DNA of 64,000 bases from Candidatus Babelota bacterium (lineage in GTDB: Bacteria; Babelota; Babeliae; Babelales; CAIQNR01): NCBI GenBank assembly GCA_965658655.1, contig CBFHTA010000001.1:113658-177657 (forward strand), in the 5' to 3' direction. The notes beneath the pieces are model-generated. The model did no database searches. It saw only the letters and a program-made list of their open reading frames with translations, and was not told where the DNA came from. Numbering within the stretch: position 1 is the first letter of the stretch; every line of letters starts with the position of its first letter. The translations under genes and the position numbers were made by a program. This document shows positions 60,570 through 64,000 of this stretch, piece after piece.

Positions 60570-62483
60570 ATGAATTTTTCACTGGCAGCTCGACTGCTAT
60601 TTGTGTGCCTATTGTCAAGCAATAATGCTTTTACGAAAAAGCCTAAATTATCATTTAAGAAGGGAGATATTAAAGGCTCTGTAACAGGTAAGTTTGATAC
60701 AAGCACTGTTTGTGACGTTCACACTTCTTTGTTAAATAAAAACTTATCTGAAGACAAAGTGTTTGGTACAAAGACTACTGTTGATCTTCAGTTTAAATTA
60801 GATACGCCTTATACAAGTATGACGCTAGCTCCGCGTGGGCGTGCTATGTGGGGTAATAATAGGCAGCTGCGAACAGAGTGGACAAAAGTGAAGACGGTTG
60901 ATGCTTATACGTCAGATCACCGACACAACATTGGGCCACGCATGGTGTGGTTAAGAGAGGCATGGTTAGAGCTAGACTTAACAAATATGTTTAGCATGTC
61001 TATACCAAAGCAAACGTTTACTATTGGCTCTTTTTCTTTTCAGCTAGGAAAAGGGATCTCTTTGGGTAGCGCTTACTCTGTGAGTCCTTCAACTCTTGGT
61101 TTTTATAGTGACAGTTCGGTTGATCAGTATGCTTTCGGGGGAAAATTTTCGGGAACACTTCAAGAAGATCTTTTAGTTTACGATCTGTACGGTGCGGTTT
61201 TAGAGAATAAAAGTACAAGCACAAGCGAAACGTTTGCACAAACACAAGCGCAGGCGTTTGGCAAAAAAGACAACCCTGCACGTGGATTTGGAGTAGTTAA
61301 TTGGTTGTTGGCAGCGCGTGCCCAAATAACTCCTATGAAGGGTGAAAACAGAAAATTAATGTTTGAGCCTTATGTTTTGTACAACGACGCTCCCGAGCAA
61401 ACAGTTGAGTTTTCGGCAGATGCAAACAGCAAGCTCACTACGCTTGGCATGTTGGTTGATTTTGAATGGAGCCGCGTAGAGGCAAGCTTTGAGGTGGCGT
61501 TTAACTCTGGTCGTCAAAAAGTAAAAGGCTGGGATAGAAATATAATTCAAAACATTAATAGAGAAGGACATTCTGTTTTTGTTTACTCAGACATTTATGA
61601 CACTGATCCAAACCGTAATGCTGTTACTGATGCAAACAAAGTGTTATACAATACTGCTTTTTCTGCCCAAAGAACTGCAGTTAATAATGTAAGCCGTAGT
61701 ACAGCTTCTAATGGACAACCAATTACTGCTGGTGGTGTAACTGTTTACAATAGCCTTTCTCGCTTCCGCTCTCCATACGAAAATACCTATGGTGGCCGGA
61801 TGATGGTTGCTGACATTGCGCTTTGGCTTTATAAAAAAGATCTAAAGATAGCAGCGGCAGCAGGTGTTGCAAGTGGTGACAGAAATCCTAATACAAACTT
61901 GTTAGACCCCAACGAGCCAAATATTGATGGGAACTATCAAGGATTTATTGGTCTCCAAGAATTATATCGAGGGAACCAGGTGCTTTCTGGTTTTGTAATG
62001 GGAGCCGGTAAATTAACGCGTCCGCTTTCTGCTCCAAACACTGGCACGCAGTTTGCATCAGTGGTAGATGGGTTTAGCAATATTATTTACGCTGGTACAA
62101 GTCTTAAATATGAGCCTAAAGCTTGGGAGCGTAAATTCTCTTTGCATCCAAATCTTTTAGCGTATTGGCAACAAGTAGCGACTACAAAGTTTGACATTGC
62201 AACAGGGCTAAGCTCTTCTGATTTAGCAGACAAGTTCTTGGGTACAGAGTTCAATCTTTTTTTAAAGGTTGGTTTAATTGAAGATGTAGAAGTATCTCTT
62301 TCTGGGGCAGTTTTTGTTCCAGGAGCTCACTATAATGACATTAAAGGTAAACCGTTCAATGCAGCTCAAAGAAAGCTTTTGAATACAGCAAACAGAACTT
62401 CTGTGTCAGCAAGCACTAACTTAGCTGTGATTTCTAACGATCCTGGTTATAGTTTTGCTTTAGGGATGAGTTACAAGTTCTAA
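60570..62483 (+). CDS. Outer-membrane beta-barrel protein (alginate-export/porin-like)
   Basis: Signal peptide after AAAGGA RBS, alternating beta strands, LREAWLE, LGTEFN, C-terminal YKF barrel signal. Confidence 0.7.
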   Translation: MNFSLAARLLFVCLLSSNNAFTKKPKLSFKKGDIKGSVTGKFDTSTVCDVHTSLLNKNLSEDKVFGTKTTVDLQFKLDTPYTSMTLAPRGRAMWGNNRQLRTEWTKVKTVDAYTSDHRHNIGPRMVWLREAWLELDLTNMFSMSIPKQTFTIGSFSFQLGKGISLGSAYSVSPSTLGFYSDSSVDQYAFGGKFSGTLQEDLLVYDLYGAVLENKSTSTSETFAQTQAQAFGKKDNPARGFGVVNWLLAARAQITPMKGENRKLMFEPYVLYNDAPEQTVEFSADANSKLTTLGMLVDFEWSRVEASFEVAFNSGRQKVKGWDRNIIQNINREGHSVFVYSDIYDTDPNRNAVTDANKVLYNTAFSAQRTAVNNVSRSTASNGQPITAGGVTVYNSLSRFRSPYENTYGGRMMVADIALWLYKKDLKIAAAAGVASGDRNPNTNLLDPNEPNIDGNYQGFIGLQELYRGNQVLSGFVMGAGKLTRPLSAPNTGTQFASVVDGFSNIIYAGTSLKYEPKAWERKFSLHPNLLAYWQQVATTKFDIATGLSSSDLADKFLGTEFNLFLKVGLIEDVEVSLSGAVFVPGAHYNDIKGKPFNAAQRKLLNTANRTSVSASTNLAVISNDPGYSFALGMSYKF

Positions 62484-62510
62484 GTTTATATCTTGATAAA
62501 GAGTAGATTA

Positions 62511-62540
62511 GGGAGGTCTTCTTTGAAGACCTTTCCTTTT
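62511..62540 (+). terminator. Intrinsic terminator
   Basis: GGGAGGTCTTC-TTT-GAAGACCTTTC followed by T-run. Confidence 0.7.
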
Positions 62541-62605
62541 CTTGTTAGAAGAATATGGTAAACTAAACCTCTTGGCATTAATTAAAGACAATAATGAGGT
62601 ATGAT

Positions 62606-64000
62606 ATGAGTTCATGGAAGCGGACGGTAGAGTGTGGCTTAGTAACAGACAAGCTTCTTGGAAAAGAAGTTACATTGAATGGGTGGGTTGCTCGTCGTCG
62701 CGATCATGGTGGATTAATTTTCATCGATCTTCGAGATCGAACAGGTATTATGCAGGTTGTTTTTAACCCAGATTTTTCTAAAGATGCTCACAAGATTGGT
62801 CATGACTTACGTAGCGAATTTGTAATCTCAGTGACCGGGAAAGTGATTGAGCGATCAAAAGAAACGGTCAATGATAAGATGCCAACTGGTAAGCTAGAGC
62901 TTCAAGCAGATAAGATTACAATTCTAAGTGCGTCAAAAACATTACCATTCCCATTAGATGAATCAGAAAAAATTGATGAAGAGCTTCGTCTACGTTATCG
63001 CTATTTAGATTTGAGACGTCCTGAAATGCAACAACGACTAGCGCTTCGTAGTACTGTTCTATTCGCAATGCGAGAGTTCTTTTTGTCTCGTGGTTTCTTC
63101 GAAATAGAAACTCCGTTGCTTACAAAAAACACACCTGAAGGGGCACGTGAATTTTTAGTGCCAAGTCGTTTGCATCATGGCTCTGTATATTCTTTGCCGC
63201 AATCCCCGCAACTTTATAAGCAACTTTTGATGGCAGGTGGAGTAGAGCGCTATTTTCAAATTGCGCGTTGCTTTAGAGATGAAGATTTGCGTGCAGACAG
63301 ACAGCCTGAGTTCACACAGCTAGACGTTGAGATGTCTTTTGTAGAGCAAGAAGATGTAAGGCAAACTATGGAAGAAATGTTTGCTTATATCTTTAAAAAG
63401 CTTTTTGATGTTGAGGTAAAGTTGCCACTTCCAATGATTTCGTATGCACACGCATTTGCTGTATATGGATCAGACAAACCAGACCTTCGTTTTGGACTTC
63501 CTATTTATGACGCGGCTTCTTTATTTAAAGATACAGAACTTAAGTTTTTGCGCACAGTTCTAGACAAAGGACAACGTATTGGTGCCTTGCATGTAACAGA
63601 TAAAAAATTCACTCGCTCAGAGTTAGATGGATGGGTAAATAAGGCTCAAGATCTAGGGTCTAAAGGGCTTTTGTATGTGCGTTTTACAGAAGACGGAGCT
63701 ATCGAGTCTCCTGTTGCAAAATTCTTGCCTGACAATTTCTTTGAGCAAGCGCAAAAAGCATTTAAAGGTTTGAAAAAAGAAGACACCCTTTTCTTTGTTG
63801 CAGGACCGTATAAAGACGCATGGGAAGTTCTTGGTCGCCTTCGTTTAGCATTTGGAAAAGAGCTTGGCCTCATCAAACCAAACTTAATTAATTTGTGTTG
63901 GGTGGTAGACTTTCCGCTTTTTGAGCGTGATGAAGATGCAAATCGTTTAAATGCTGTCCATCATCCGTTTACTAAGCCTCAAGATGGATGGGAATCATTA
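62606..64000 (+). CDS. aspS: Aspartate--tRNA ligase (probably non-discriminating), runs off window
   Basis: Manual translation MSSWKRTVECG...GWVARRRDHGGLIFIDLRDRTG...RLRYRYLDLRR...PEGAREF...LPQSPQLYKQ...CFRDEDLRADRQPEFTQLD; not in the ORF track. Confidence 0.96.
   Translation, partial: MSSWKRTVECGLVTDKLLGKEVTLNGWVARRRDHGGLIFIDLRDRTGIMQVVFNPDFSKDAHKIGHDLRSEFVISVTGKVIERSKETVNDKMPTGKLELQADKITILSASKTLPFPLDESEKIDEELRLRYRYLDLRRPEMQQRLALRSTVLFAMREFFLSRGFFEIETPLLTKNTPEGAREFLVPSRLHHGSVYSLPQSPQLYKQLLMAGGVERYFQIARCFRDEDLRADRQPEFTQLDVEMSFVEQEDVRQTMEEMFAYIFKKLFDVEVKLPLPMISYAHAFAVYGSDKPDLRFGLPIYDAASLFKDTELKFLRTVLDKGQRIGALHVTDKKFTRSELDGWVNKAQDLGSKGLLYVRFTEDGAIESPVAKFLPDNFFEQAQKAFKGLKKEDTLFFVAGPYKDAWEVLGRLRLAFGKELGLIKPNLINLCWVVDFPLFERDEDANRLNAVHHPFTKPQDGWESL

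Noticed and set aside
172..63876. Many short track ORFs antisense or out of frame within long genes (e.g. 1470..1739, 3517..4002, 20298..20756, 36472..36828, 63646..63876)
   Set aside because: They are shadow ORFs of well-supported genes, with no RBS or recognisable motifs.

Overview
This is a 64-kb, AT-rich bacterial chromosome segment. It is mostly housekeeping genes (wecB/wecC, alaS, pth, skp, smpB+tmRNA, tsaD, rho, secF, rpmA, thyX, polA, priA, orn, ddl, ruvA, tRNA-Gly, mnmE, rng, gatB, mutY, comEC, nusA, infB, nfo, aspS) interspersed with many short orphan genes carrying signal peptides. The gene content (DUF2608 tandem, broken operons, many secreted orphans, diderm envelope genes) suggests a host-dependent intracellular bacterium such as Candidatus Dependentiae/Babelota; this is inference, with no search run. 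The window contains a clear replication origin at about 54.55-54.87 kb, with nine perfect DnaA boxes and a strand-composition switch but no dnaA gene. The most novel-looking signals are: (1) secreted orphan proteins with eukaryote-type lipidation or membrane-targeting tails (a CaaX CVIL end, Cys-rich TM tails, Inc-like hairpins plus coiled coils); (2) a tandem-fused Ddl whose two halves differ at the Tyr/Phe specificity position; (3) a P-type ATPase with PQGL instead of PEGL; (4) a tmRNA with a 28-codon tag; (5) a tRNA-Gly with U2:A71. No CRISPR array, prophage or transposase was seen.
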